From Lytechinus pictus (taxonomy: Eukaryota), in assembly GCF_037042905.1 (NCBI RefSeq), contig NC_087252.1:7006001-7070000 (forward strand): a stretch of DNA of 64,000 nt. Reading direction: 5' to 3'. A model generated the notes under the pieces. That model was not told the origin of the DNA. It did no database searches and saw nothing but the letters and a program-made list of their open reading frames with translations. Both the position numbers and the translations under genes were made by a program. Below are positions 37,229 to 49,947 of this stretch, piece by piece (position 1 is the first letter of the stretch; every line of letters begins with the position of its first letter).

Positions 37229-38915
37229 GATCTGGCAGAACTACGTATCTATATTTATGCGATTCCGAGATATTCGAGCTTAAAAATTCAAAATTGCTTC
37301 TTTGGCTTTCTTTGAAAAAATTGAGAAGGTGTATCGGACTTTTTAGTTTTCCTTTGTCATGTGGAACATATATAAGGAATTGGGATAAAAAAATATTTGA
37401 CTTCCTCATTAAATCTTGTAATTTTCTTCAATTTTTTAAACTTACGAGCTTTTACCTGATTAAATCGACGTCTACTATCCTAGCTTTTGATCAGGCAAAA
37501 CTACGTATGTCCTGCGCATCGCAAAGTTTTATCAGGCAAAACTACGTATGTCCTGCGCATTGCAAAGTTTTATCGGGCAAAACTACATAATGGATCGTAT
37601 TACCAGGGAGTCCATGGTATTAGCAAACACTTATGAATTCAATATTAAACAAAATTCATCAAACTTCCACCAAAAATACACATATAACTACAAAATATAA
37701 ACATGCAAAAGAAATTGCAAAAATTGCCGAATTCGCTTGTCTTTTTTTTTTTTACAATATCAGCTTCCAATCGCATCCCCTTCGCATAGCGCATGTGAAA
37801 TATTTTGGTCACTTGAAAATGATATCATATAATCGTACGCATGTTTTCTTTGGAAAAATTGAGAGTGAAATAACAAAATCAGTGATTCAGTCTATAAGTA
37901 GATCTACCATGTTTAGATCTAGATCTAACAGTAAAACTATAGCTAAGTTGGATTGCTATCATGTCGTTTTTTTATGAAGACTTTGTGTAAAGTTAAGTTT
38001 AAGCTTGTAATGTTTTAGATCGCTAATTCTAAAAGTTAATTCTTAACGTACCGGTTTCTAGTCAAACTTATATAGTCTTGACGCTTATTAATTTTTAGCA
38101 GAAGTTTCCTTTTGAAAGATATGGCACAATGGCGACTAATTCTACTTACAGTGTAGATCTAGAGTCTAGATTAACTCAAAAGTTAGATCAAAATTCATAT
38201 GCATAGATCTATAAAAAAATAGTTTATAAACCCTTACTTACTCTAGGCCTACCTTAAAGTTTAGAGATGATGAGCGGACGGTGTTAGACCTCTAACGTAT
38301 GATCTAACGTAGATTTAGTCTTTGATAAAATCTCATATTTATCATCTGAACAATAAAGTATACCAGATAGTCTAGCTTACCTTGTTTTAGTTGGGAAATT
38401 TTGATTTTCTCTAAAGCTAAATTCAAACTCCGTTTCCCTCTCCAGCCTCTCGAATTTAAAGCAATGGCTCCACAGTAACTGTGAGAAGTTTAAATGGCAG
38501 TTCCTTATCGCGCTAAGCAACATGCAGGAAACTAGCTAACTGCACGTGATGCGGTTCTCACGACTGTTACAATGCAGAAATGTGGGAGATACGTAGTTTT
38601 GCCTGATTAATCAACTTCTACTTTCGAATATATTGTTCTAATAAAACTATGTAAGTACACTTACGTAGTTTTGCCTTTTCATGATCGTCAAAAACAATTT
38701 AAAAACTACTTTTGTACGTCGACTTTAATACGTAGTTCTGCTTTTTAAATTTTCTGATTTTTGAGACAATTTTACAAAAACTGGTTTTCGAATCTCAAAA
38801 AATGGTTAGAGTTAGAACTTGAAATTTTGCCAGATGAAAGAGCATGTTCAAAACTAGAATCAATTCTAAGAAACAGATAAACACCAAAAAATGATTTACA
38901 CGGTTTTGCCAGATC
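37229..38915. mobile_element. 1.7-kb non-autonomous TIR element upstream of copy A (superfamily uncertain)
   Basis: GATCTGGCAGAAC...GTTTTGCCAGATC ends, flanked by ACAT/ACAC. The motif GGCAAAACTACGTA repeats at 37494-37590 and inverted at 38590-38740. Absent from copy B. Confidence 0.8.
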
Positions 38916-41900
38916 ACACTTCTACGCAAATGCATATTTATTCAGAATAAATCAGCTATAATAATAACAATATGCAACATTTATATACCGCTAAATAAAT
39001 GTTGCAATTTCTCTTTGTGGAATTGTGGGGGGGTGGGTTCTAGAATTACTTTATTATGCAATTTTATTTAAAATCAAGAAAAAATGGAAGCTCTCTCTTC
39101 TTCTACTAGTAATCAGTGGCGTAATGATCCAAAAATGTAATAGTAGTTGTTAGCGGGCAAGCACAAAATCCAAAATTTTTATTACAAAAATCAAATTTTG
39201 TATCATATTTTGACCTAAAAAATGTTGACCACACAATGATATCATATTTCAACCTTTCTTTTGTTTCCTTTTCGTTCTTTTTCTTTCCTTTTTTTTTGGG
39301 GGGGTGTCTTTTTTGGGGAGGCAAGCGCCCCAAACACGGAATCTATACGCCTCTGCTATAATCTATTAAAATTATATTGTTGTTAGCCTTTGATGAATAA
39401 TTGTCGTAGTACGACTGGTTCAGAAAACTTCTAAACACTTGCAGCCTTTCGTGAAAATCTTCCCGGTTTTCTCGAAAGGGTGCGGCCACCCCTGTTCCGC
39501 GAACGCAGACGATCGTAACTAGCCAAATGTTTTGACTTCAGATGGTTACCAAGTCAAGTTCATCTCCAAGATCTAGTTTTTCAAGATAAGGATATACAGT
39601 ATATTAAAAGCATTTGTGATAGATTACCAATGATTACTAATTCATTTGTTGTAAAGTGCATTGGAATCGTTGAAATATTTTCACGATTAGGTGGCAATTT
39701 TTACGGTTTTGGAAAATAAAGGGCGCTGAAGCCCACCCAGACTCCCCCCCCCCCCTCATTTCCTCAGCCCCTGTATTTTAAAACAAAGTAGTCAAATGGA
39801 ACAAACAAAAAAATTATGTCTAATACTAAGTGGCCTCTACCTTTCTTCAATATTGTCATGCACTAAAATTGATCATCATTATAGGTTCTCAGCTTTTCTA
39901 CTCCCGAGATGTTAATCCTAATCAACCAGAAATAGAAAGCTGTTATGAACAAGTTCTGTATATTCTGATTCAAATTCTAGGAGAATAATTGAAATAATCG
40001 CCTTGTCAACAACCTTCGGAAACTTTTCTGATTAATGTAATTAGCACTTAATAGCATGGTGATACTATCCATAACGCTTTCACTCTTGACTAAAAAAAAT
40101 CTTAAAATAAAGCAAAATATCATGTCATTTTGCATATATGGCATTGGGGGTACACGATATAGTACGTCAGCCTTTGTTTACTGTAGTCTTTGACAGCCTT
40201 TTTAGTTCAGGTAAATGGTGACAAACACACTAATGTCCGTGTACCTTTGCGATTTTTTGTTCTTAGAACGGTGATATACAGTAGGTCCCTTTTTTAGTAC
40301 AGATAAAGATCATAACCTGAAATTGGTATCCCACTACTTTTGAAGAGGATTTATATCCAACAAAAAAATTAATATAGTCTGGGCATAACTTCACAAAATT
40401 TATTCATGGCCCTGGCAAGCGATGCTACACCATACAAATGATATATGCAACAACACATGGAAATCAGGTTGGTATACTAAAATGAAGAAATTTTACCCAA
40501 ATCACCTAAATGTTGTTAACTGTGGGGCATTAAACTCGTTTTTTCGCTAGTCATTTTTTATCTTGACCCAATCACAAAAGATCAGTAAGTTCATATCACA
40601 TTTTAGCACAATAGTACTTAAAGACTCACCTTATACAGCTATCAACAATACATTTTGTTTGTATCCGTCTTTACCTATTTGGTATGTTTGGCGAGCACAG
40701 TGAATTCGACGAGCTCTGAATTAATTTCGTCCATGAAAACCACATAATTAATGTTAATGCTTTAAAAGTTGAATTTCCAGAATATTACATATACGTTTGT
40801 ATGAAGAGGGCGTTACAACATATATAGTCGGGGTTATAATTAAGCGAGATGCCGTTTCAATTTTTGTCATCCAAGAATGTAAAATATAGGATTGATTTAT
40901 AATTCACTGTGTAAGATCGTTTTGATTGAAACTTGTTTCATTACAAGGGAGGCATGCTAATACACACACATATGGAAACATAGATTGATTATAATTTATT
41001 ATAAAAGTAACAAACGGGAAAGTAGGGTTATAGCAAACCTATTACGAATTTATGACCGCATGCATACAAAAAATTGCCGAATTTTGAAATTTGATAACTT
41101 TCTTATGTCTTATCAAGTTCGATTAAACTGGTAGGGTATTGCTCGTAGAATTATACTCTGTAGATACAATTTTTCAGCCTGGGGTATCACTTTAAAGAGC
41201 CAATTCCACCCAACTATAAGTAAATTTGATTAAAATGAGTAAATGGCGCAAGTATCAGGTTGTTATAATTATGTATTCTTGAGGAGCGTAAATGTTTATA
41301 TAATAATGAAAGAATAGAAATAATAATCTTATTATAGCCGTATATTTTGTTTTGTCTCACTTCATCATTTATTTCTATATCTGAAGAACTAAAATGAAAA
41401 TTATTCCAGTGGAATTGTCGAGCTTTATTGAGTTCTTTAATTTGTATAGTTAGCTTTTATCCGCATTGGAGGCCATATTGCATTATTTTGTGTTTTAACA
41501 TGATATACGGCACCATTTCCACAGGTACACACGTGGTTCAGGCATATCACTAGACAGGAACACACTCTTATCTCTTTTTATTGATCGAAATGTAAGCCAT
41601 CATTTGCTTTAAATTAACGAGTCTTTCAAACCGAGGGTAAGAATTTATTTTCCTTGTCTCAAAATTCATAAACACGCATACATGCACTCTTAATTTGGTC
41701 AGTCGAATGATCCATGCATGCAAGAAGTATTGATGATCAGATAGCTGGGGTATGGATGTGGAGGAAATCCAAATTTGTGTACAACATTTTAGGTCAAGAA
41801 AACCCATTTTATATATTAATTAATGAAACATTGTAATTTTCACAGAGTTATCAACTATCTCTTAAGTTTAATGACCCGCCTTTTAATGCCATAATCAGGG

Positions 41901-42939
41901 TAGATCTTGTTTCTAGGACCTTTCGACTGCAGTGTATGTTCCAAGTACCGACATATTTTTTAAACTTGTTATCAGAATACCAATCACACAAATAAATATG
42001 TTTTAAAAACCTTTTTATTTACTACCACTTTCACCGGAAGGAGTGGAAAACAAGATTCTATTCTCTCTGAGAAATGTCTGACGTCTTGGCTGGGTCAATG
42101 TTTACAATTCTATCCCCTGGTTCTTCTCCTTTTATAGGCATAAGGCTTCTCTTTCAGGGATATTCCCAAGAAATCTAACTGACCGGTAGTTTGAACCATT
42201 GTCATATTTACTTGGAAAACTTTCACCGGAAATTATCTTCTTCCTTCAGTTGAATTTCATCCATACCTTAGGAATGTTTTACTTCTATTTTATATTGTAT
42301 AGAACTTACATTGATGATACATATAGGAATTACCGATACATAATATGAATTAAAGGAAATCAGTAATTTCAGTAATTTTAAACGGCAATGACATATATTT
42401 GCAAGAACAAAATTTCATGGAGCATACAATATAACAATCTCATTATTACATAACAGTTGCACAATAATTAATTCACACTTACAATTATGCAATTATAAAC
42501 TTAATATCACATGATACATACAACAAATACACCTTCTCGCTATTTCAATCATGAAAGTTTATAAAGAGTAAGGACAGTTTATGGTTGCCAGCACTTGCTA
42601 GTATTTAATTTGAGTAGGATGATTCTCTGACTTCTGCACGTGGTAAAATAATAATGTCATTATATAGCAAATATTCTTTGACCGAATGCCTTTACTGTTA
42701 TCGTGTCTATATATTAAAATCAATTTCGACATTCATCGCATATTTTCTCGTACACTTGTAAATTTTATAACCAACATTTATTTCTTTCCTTCCATTTGTT
42801 GCATAACATAATACTTACAATACAACATGTAATATTTTTTCTCATAATCTTCTTTGTAGAAGATCAGTAACCACGTAAAACAAATTCAAATCAGTTGCAG
42901 TTCATCACACTACCTCTATATTTTCATTTATCATATGAA

Positions 42940-43166
42940 GAGCTCAGTTGCAAAAGGGGTTAGGTCCATTTTTCATCAAATTTGATTTTTTTTTTTGTCT
43001 CAATGTATACATTTTTAGTAGCTCTATAAGATGATACCAAAGAAAGGTTGAAATTCCCATTAAAAAGTAAACAAAAATGGCAAAGAAAAATCATCTTTTT
43101 TTCAAAAGGGGTTAGGTCCAATTCAGTTTGGTTGCAAAAGGGGTAAGGTCCACAATGATAATTTTT

Positions 43167-43230
<64 letters not shown>

Positions 43231-43390
43231 GAAGACAGGTAGATTACTTTTATACCCAATTGTATGTTCGCATGATGGGGTAGTACATCGTGACAATTAA
43301 GTTTTTCATAGGAATATTGCATTAAGTGAGAATGAAAAACATGATTTTTCTCGAAATGGTCCAAAGTAGACCTAACCCCTTATGCATTTG
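42940..43390. mobile_element. TIR element with an internal (TA)n; also at ~59465-59885
   Basis: TGCAAAAGGGGTTAGGTC...GACCTAACCCCTTATGCA; missing at the copy-A site near 14830. Confidence 0.75.
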
Positions 43391-45017
43391 ACATGTTGGG
43401 CCACAAGCATAAGAAACGTATAAGCATTATATATTCGCTACCGAATACCAGACTATAAATAGGTGTTATTATAGATAAGGTCTTGATCCTCGGGTAGTTC
43501 AAGGCATTAAGATTGGTACAAATTAATATTTTGGTTACCAACCATAAATTTGGTAAATTTTCGATGAAGAAAAGGGAGCGACGTATATTTGCAACATAAC
43601 ATTCCTCTTTAAAAAAGGGGGGAATTGATCAAAATGTAATCATCGAGATAAAAAAAAATCAGCTTCCACATTCGCGAAGTCACGTCAAGATGTACATGCA
43701 TATTACGTATAAGGGAATGAAATATGAGGGGGAAAATGGCCCTTACAAGGAAGGGATTATTGATGGATAGGCCTATACACTCTCCCTTCCCTTTTCACTT
43801 GGAAAAAAAAAATTGTATTAGTCGCATAATCAATGGGGAAAAAAATAAGATCCAAGGCACATACAGTTTTTACCAATATTCAGGTAAAACCAGTTGACAG
43901 AAATTATAATATGAATTTCTCTGTTTCATGAAGCATCTTCACCTCGGCTATTACACATTACTTCACGACCTTAAAGCCCCTCTTACAATTGGTGGTGCGA
44001 CTGCCTACAATCATTACGATTCTGTGCAACATATATATTGTGACCAAATATTCGCAAACGATTGCACGAGCAATTGTGAAAGCCCCTTTATACATACATG
44101 AATGTTCATCAACATCACCTACACATACTACGCACACACACCCTGTACCCCCCCCCCCTCCTCCTCCTAACACAAACGCACACAGACGCGCACACATCAA
44201 CACTCGCTGCATTCTTTAATGCAATGGGTATCTGATTTGTTAATTCCATTTTTTTTTGTATGGCGCGTACTATTCTTACATCCTTGGGAGACAATTATTT
44301 ACATATATGTATTTATTTCATTTAGTTAGACTAACCTGTTCAGAATTATAATCTGATTTACATAGGTATCCGATATGCCTTCCCTATGAAGATACACCTT
44401 ACATTATAACAATAAGGTAACATTATAAACTGCCACCGCCAGACAATTAGTGTAGATAAATGGTAAAGTAAATATGTAGACACGAACCACTGTATGACGA
44501 TGTAAGCCTTAGTACATTTTTCTTTAATAATCTGATACTACAGTAACATTAACGAAATCTACCTGACCGATAATATGTAAATTGAAATAAAGTCAATCAA
44601 GGTCCGTAACACGAAGCTTAGCATTCATCGTAGAACTTTTTTTTTATATAAACGATTGGTTGCATTGACTACCATGTGCAGTCAAGCTTAAATATCAGCG
44701 TAGGATTAATCGTTAACCTTCGTGTTACGGGACCTTGGAGAGGGTTTCGCTGAGGGGTAAAATAAAAAGAAACAAGAGCAGATTACTACTAGGAAAATTA
44801 AATTGCATCTTTTTATATGCCTTCTTAAAGTACATATACCACTTTCTAAGCATGGTACAGTTTCAAAAGAAATTGAACTACAATTTCACTCTAAATCAGG
44901 GGACCAATGAAATCCAGAGAAAAATGAAATGTGTGAATTAATTACAGTAGAATGTAGCACGTATCCATTGAACTTTTGTATAAAACACATATTGCGAGGC
45001 ATATTTATGTTATCTTA

Positions 45018-45246
45018 CATACATACAGTCGTTCTTTGGTGAACTGACATTTGCTCCTGTGACAATTGCTCCGGGATTAATTTCGTTTAAGATGCAGAAT
45101 TGGGGTTGTAATAAGGTTTAATTTTAGGCTTAATGTGTGGTTTGGGGTAGGGTATAATGTTAAACCCAGGGTTTGAATTTGGTCATTCGATTAGTGTGTG
45201 GAATTTAGGGCCCAGTAATTGTCACCGAAGCAAATGTCATGTAACC
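45018..45246. mobile_element. Small GG...CC MITE; also at ~61523-61731
   Basis: GGTGAACTGACATTTGCT...AGCAAATGTCATGTAACC with a TAGGGT-like interior; absent from copy A. Confidence 0.7.
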
Positions 45247-45399
45247 AAAAACAATTGTATATTTGACATGTTCAGAGTAGACGCATACAGTCCTTCATCC
45301 AAGTCATTCAAAGACAAGTAACTCTGTGAAATAAGACAAAAAATATCACAGTTTTAAGATCAATAAATGTTGATTTCGCATTGACTTCAATATGTTGAC

Positions 45400-45840
45400 T
45401 TCGAAACCTTCATCTCACCAACCCCAGGTTATAAATAACTCATAAACAATTCGACTTTATGGTCCTGATCTTTGGAACAACTTTCCAGACAATAGTCATG
45501 TTCAACAATATTTAAGACCAGTTGTTAGTTGCACCTGTGGGTGACATGTTTTGAGTGTGAATGTGTGTGTTAGGGTGTGTTTGTGTGCGTATGCTTGCGT
45601 GTGGGTAATGATCCTGTTGTGATATTTAAATACCTATACATTTTTATTATTTTTTTCTTATAGTTGTTCCATGTTTAAGTAAAATATCATACGCAGGGGC
45701 CCCTGATTACAAGTTGTGCTTCCTTGGGGTCCCAAACCCGTCATTTTTCTCAGTTCTTTATGATGTAACCATTTATTTTCTTCGTACTTTGTTCTCCTTT
45801 TTAGACTGGTTTGAATAAATTCAATTCAATTCAATTCAAA
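45400..45840 (+). mobile_element. Degraded CR1-like LINE 3' end; also at ~61885-62325
   Basis: YGPDLWNNFPDN remnant, GGGGCCCC...GGGGTCCC stem, AATAAA followed by (TTCAA)n. Confidence 0.7.
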
Positions 45841-45939
45841 TAATTTTTAAGTAAAAAAAAGTAAGTTCATATACTAATTGAAAGCTACTATTAAAAGAAA
45901 AAACATCGAATAATATGAATCCCCTCTTTAAGTTAATAC

Positions 45940-46245
45940 TTCAACTGCGCTCTACTTCACCCGCACCAGCACCTGCATTGCACCCACTTGATCAATGAAG
46001 AAAGACATTACGAGCCCGCCATCATATTCAAGCTTAACCGCTCACGATGGCGGTCTCCTGCATTCGTTTAAACTGATATTTTCTTTTAATTCAATAATGC
46101 TTCTTGTTGATGTTTATTTTTCATTGCTTTATTATGACTATTGTTTTATTGTTTTGTAAAACTGAAATATGTATCACCTTTGTAGATGTTATGTTGTATA
46201 GTTATCCTGAATGCAGAAATATGATAAAATCAATCAATTAATCAA
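45940..46245 (+). mobile_element. Non-LTR element 3' end with (TCAA)n tail; also at ~62425-62730
   Basis: CCGCCATC...GATGGCGG stem, AT-rich UTR, ATCAATCAATTAATCAA tail. Confidence 0.55.
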
Positions 46246-46562
46246 GGTACTATGAAAATGAAATATGAGTGAACGCAGAGGTGAGCTCCTTTTTCAAACT
46301 ATTTAGCTTTACATAATCATGATAATGGCAATAGGTCATTGAGGTAGCAGCGATCATCTTTCTGTTTCGTACAGTATTACTGATCCCATCATTTTATGGA
46401 ATTGAAAAAAAAAATTGTGAATATATCACTTATAACACACAACAAGTGGTATAAGAAAATGATATGATATTTTCAATCTTACATGTGTTTTTTCTAAAAT
46501 CATTTTCATACTCTTCAAGGATGTGATCAAAGTTACTCCGATCTTGGGGTTCCTTGTCCCAG

Positions 46563-48425
46563 AGTAGTTAATGGATAGACCTCATACCAACTTGACCTTT
46601 GACCCGGTCATGACCTTTGAACCGGACAACCATGCCCTTTGACCACGTGACCTTTAGTCCGGTCAGCCTTTGACCACATGACCTTTGACCCGGTCAACCA
46701 TGCCCTTTGACCACATGACCTTTGACCCGGTCAACCATGCCCTTTGACCACATGACCTTTGACCCAGTCATGACCTTTGAACCGGACAACCATGCCCTTT
46801 GACCACGTGACCTTTAGTCCGGTCAGCCTTTGACCACATGACCTTTGACCCGGTCAACCATGCCCTTTGACCCCATGACCTTTGACCCGGTCAGCCATGA
46901 CCTCATACCAACTTGACCTTTGACCCGGTCATGCCCTTTAGCCTGATCAGCCTTTGACCTTTGACCCGACCAGCCATGCCCTTTGACCACATGACCCAAT
47001 GGGTTGACCCAGACTTCCGGTCAGCCATGTCACCATGAAATGGTATTACGACACAGTTATGCAACCACCGTGATGTCATCCCAGGGAATTACCCTTATTG
47101 CACCGTCGGTATTGCACCACCGTTGCGTCATCGCTGCGTATGGGTGACTTTCGGTCGACCTTATCACACGATGCAGCGACGTTGCACGGGTATTTTTAGC
47201 ATACGATACGATGCACAAAAACAAGACATCTATACAGTTTCCTATTTAAAAAGCGATCTTTCTCTGCCTACCGGCGGATATGTCAAGCGCCTCGCATGAC
47301 GTCACCAGCTACGCAAGCATCGTGATGTCATCCCAGGGAATTACCCTTTACCCGGTATTGCACCACCGTGGCGCAATCGTCATCGCCACGTTTAGGATAC
47401 GATGCACAAAACAGACGTATGATCTCTACACAGTTTCCTATTTAAAAGTTATCTTTCTCCTCCTACCAGCAGATATGTCAAGTGCCTAGCGGTTCGCGAA
47501 TCGATCACCCCATGCACGGCCAACGCGCGTCATTGAACTTGGGATATCCTATTGGAAAGGTGAAAGCCGACTCTCTCTGCCTCTTATTACAACAAGTATT
47601 GGTAATCCAACATGTGATTATAATCATGATAATATTAGTGACATCTCAGGCACTACTCATTCCAGACTTTTACCCATCAAAACTCTCTGACTTTTTCATA
47701 CTGTTTTGTCCATACTTTTCATTTTAACTCACATGACCTGCCCCGCTCTCTGACTCGCAAAAAGTATACTATATTGAGACCAGTAGATGACTTCTTTAAA
47801 TCAACTTCATTCATACGCAGTACAGATGGTGATAACATGAAACACTATACAGTCAAGGATGATTCTTTATTATTATCATCATTTATTCTATTCCATTTCA
47901 ATGTAGATAGGTTCAGATATTGTATAAACAGCAGATTTTTAAACGAAGGTAAAAATAAGTTATGTTATCAAATTATGTTGTAATAACAAACTAATTGTTA
48001 ACTGTCCATTGTTAATATTAAAGTGAAGTTCTCGTTTTTCTATTTCTTCGCTTAACTTAATGGTTTGTAACACATGTCTATGGATGGCATTCAGAAAATA
48101 TGAACACAATGAAGTTCAAACTGTCATTTATGTTGACGGCGTTTTCTTGGATTATTATTATTTGATAAGCTGATGTCTGTGCCATTAGTTGTAGACTCCA
48201 TCTTCACCCTCCGTTTCTTCTCCACCATCATCATTATCGTTATCGTCATCTTGATACTGGAATAAGCATCGAATTGTGAACCATGCCTGGCTAACACTCT
48301 CTGTACGGCTTTCCGGAATTCCATGCCATTCTCTAATCTTTCCGTGAGATCGGACACGATTTCACGATTGATGTCAGCGTCTTCGAGGTACACGTTCTGC
48401 TGCAAGAAAAATGTAACATCGCTCG
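46563..48425 (+). mobile_element. One-ended Polinton/Maverick-like fragment inserted in a kinase exon
   Basis: Starts AGTAGT exactly where exon homology stops. Followed by a TGACCTTTGACC tandem array (46590-47000), a ~250-bp-period direct repeat (47069 / 47321) and a degraded ORF (48124..48405, -). Host homology resumes at ~48425. Confidence 0.65.
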
Positions 48426-49096
48426 TAAAATCACATGTTCTTTGTTCAGTTTAACATAGCTAAACTACTGCGTCTATTCTTATACAGTTTATCATTCTTC
48501 CGATCAGTCACAGGCTTGACTATACCTAACCTTTATTTGTAGCAAGTATCAATCCCTTTAAAATGTTCAACATCACCCGGCGTGTTATATAGGCCTATCA
48601 TTGTAATGTTGATATCATTATCATTCGAGTCAGATAAAGATATAATTTAAAATGTTATTTTAATATTTCCGTCACTGTTGTTGATGCTGCTGTAGCAGCA
48701 GTAGTCATGGTAGTTAAAATAAATATGTTGATTTTGTTGTATTTTGCCTTTTATCATAATTATTTACCAGTTTGTAATCGACAACTGGTAGAAATTATCA
48801 TCGTCACAACCATCATCATCAAACCTATCATTTTTATTTTCTAATATATGACTAAGATGTTAGACATTTACACACATAAACTTCATGCACCTCCTTGCTT
48901 ACCCAGTGTCACTATTTCCCACAATACGATTCCAAAAGACCAGATGTCTCCTTCTGTTATTTGGTCACCCGTTGCCATGGTTTCTGGTGAACTCCATCTG
49001 GTTGGTTTCTATATAGGACAGTGTGCAGATTATAAAGAATCTTGCTTTAACAATAATTCAAGCGATTGGAAATTATAATCTGCAGTGACCATATAA

Positions 49097-49747
49097 TGTT
49101 CATGCCTTTGTAACAACCCGACTGGACATTTGCAACTCAATTTTGACTGGTTTGACTCAACATCAACTGCACAGACTTCAGCGTCTGCAGAACATGGCCG
49201 CACGTCTTGTATCCCTTCAAAGAAAGAGAGTCCACATTACTCCAATTCTGCGTGACCTACATTGGCTGCCTGTCAACCAGAGAATATCCTATAAACTTGG
49301 GGTCCTCGTATTTAAAGCGCTTAACGATAAATCTCCACCCTACATATCAGAGCTCTTATCTCAGCATAGACCAACACGCAGTCTCAGATCAGCAGATCAA
49401 GCATTGCTGACAGAATCTCTCAGCCACACAACTTGGGGTGACAGAGCCTTCTACATCTCTGGACCAAAGCTGTGGAATAGCCTTCCTCAATTTATCAGGA
49501 GAGCAAAGACCCAATCAACTTTTGAGTCTTACCTGAAGACTTTTCTGTTCCCCACTCTAACATTATTGCAAGAATAACTCAATTGTAGCATTACTAGGAC
49601 AGTACTTGAACTGAATGATGATCCTAAGCACTGTTTAAAGACATTGAAATTTGTGAGATATTTCCTATTTTTGAGCAAGCGCCATGAGCGCCCAGCTGAG
49701 GCGGATACCGGCGCTATACAAGAACCCATCATCATCATCATCATCAT
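49097..49747 (+). mobile_element. 5'-truncated L2/CR1-group LINE (ORF 49143..49577)
   Basis: [13 protein letters not shown]...[14 protein letters not shown]...LWNSLP; (CAT)n tail; nearly identical to 50654-51300; empty site near 19235. Confidence 0.92.
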
Positions 49748-49947
49748 AAAATGTCAAAGATGTCTTAATACTGGCCGAAATAAGCAATAGTAGTCTGGTA
49801 TAGTTGCAGGTTGGGAATCAAAGTCAAGGTTCACGTGAATTAGGGTTTTCAGCCTCGCTTCATTTAGTACCATATATTTTCATCTAAATTGTTAAATAGG
49901 AGATAAATCTCTATAACAAGCCTACAGCATAAACATTCATTATTGTA

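Larger units (their letters stand above)
32080..41630 (+). repeat. Older segmental duplication, partner ~300-11190; its distal part (39080-41630) also matches 55770-58140
   Basis: Collinear, visibly diverged homology of introns, exons and upstream flank, interrupted by copy-specific insertions. Confidence 0.92.
41760..47458 (+). repeat. Near-identical segmental duplication, partner 58290-64000 (offset ~16.5 kb)
   Basis: Line-by-line match with only scattered SNPs and small indels, including (TA)n length, a 12-nt indel near 44211 and one extra repeat block near 63475. Confidence 0.95.
45237..49008 (-). pseudogene. Copy C: 3' remnant of the receptor pseudokinase gene
   Basis: Retains exons 48903-49008 (KPTRWSSPE...DIWSFGIVLWEIVTL), 46483-46562 (truncated, +1 frameshift) and 45237-45323 (SYLSLNDLDEGLYASTLNMSNIQLFLVT*). 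The subdomain X exon is deleted and homology to copy A stops at ~49947. Confidence 0.88.

Noticed and set aside
42960-44941. ORFs repeated at 59470-61426 suggesting conserved small proteins
   Set aside because: The conservation reflects the recent duplication; they run through (TA)n, poly-C and UTR-like sequence.
46590-47000. CRISPR-like array
   Set aside because: No unique spacers, eukaryotic context and no cas genes; it is a tandem subterminal repeat.
48461-48469. AACTACT as the right terminus of the AGTAGTT-starting element
   Set aside because: The surrounding bases align with host intron sequence of copy A (~18570-18610), so the 7-bp match is coincidental.
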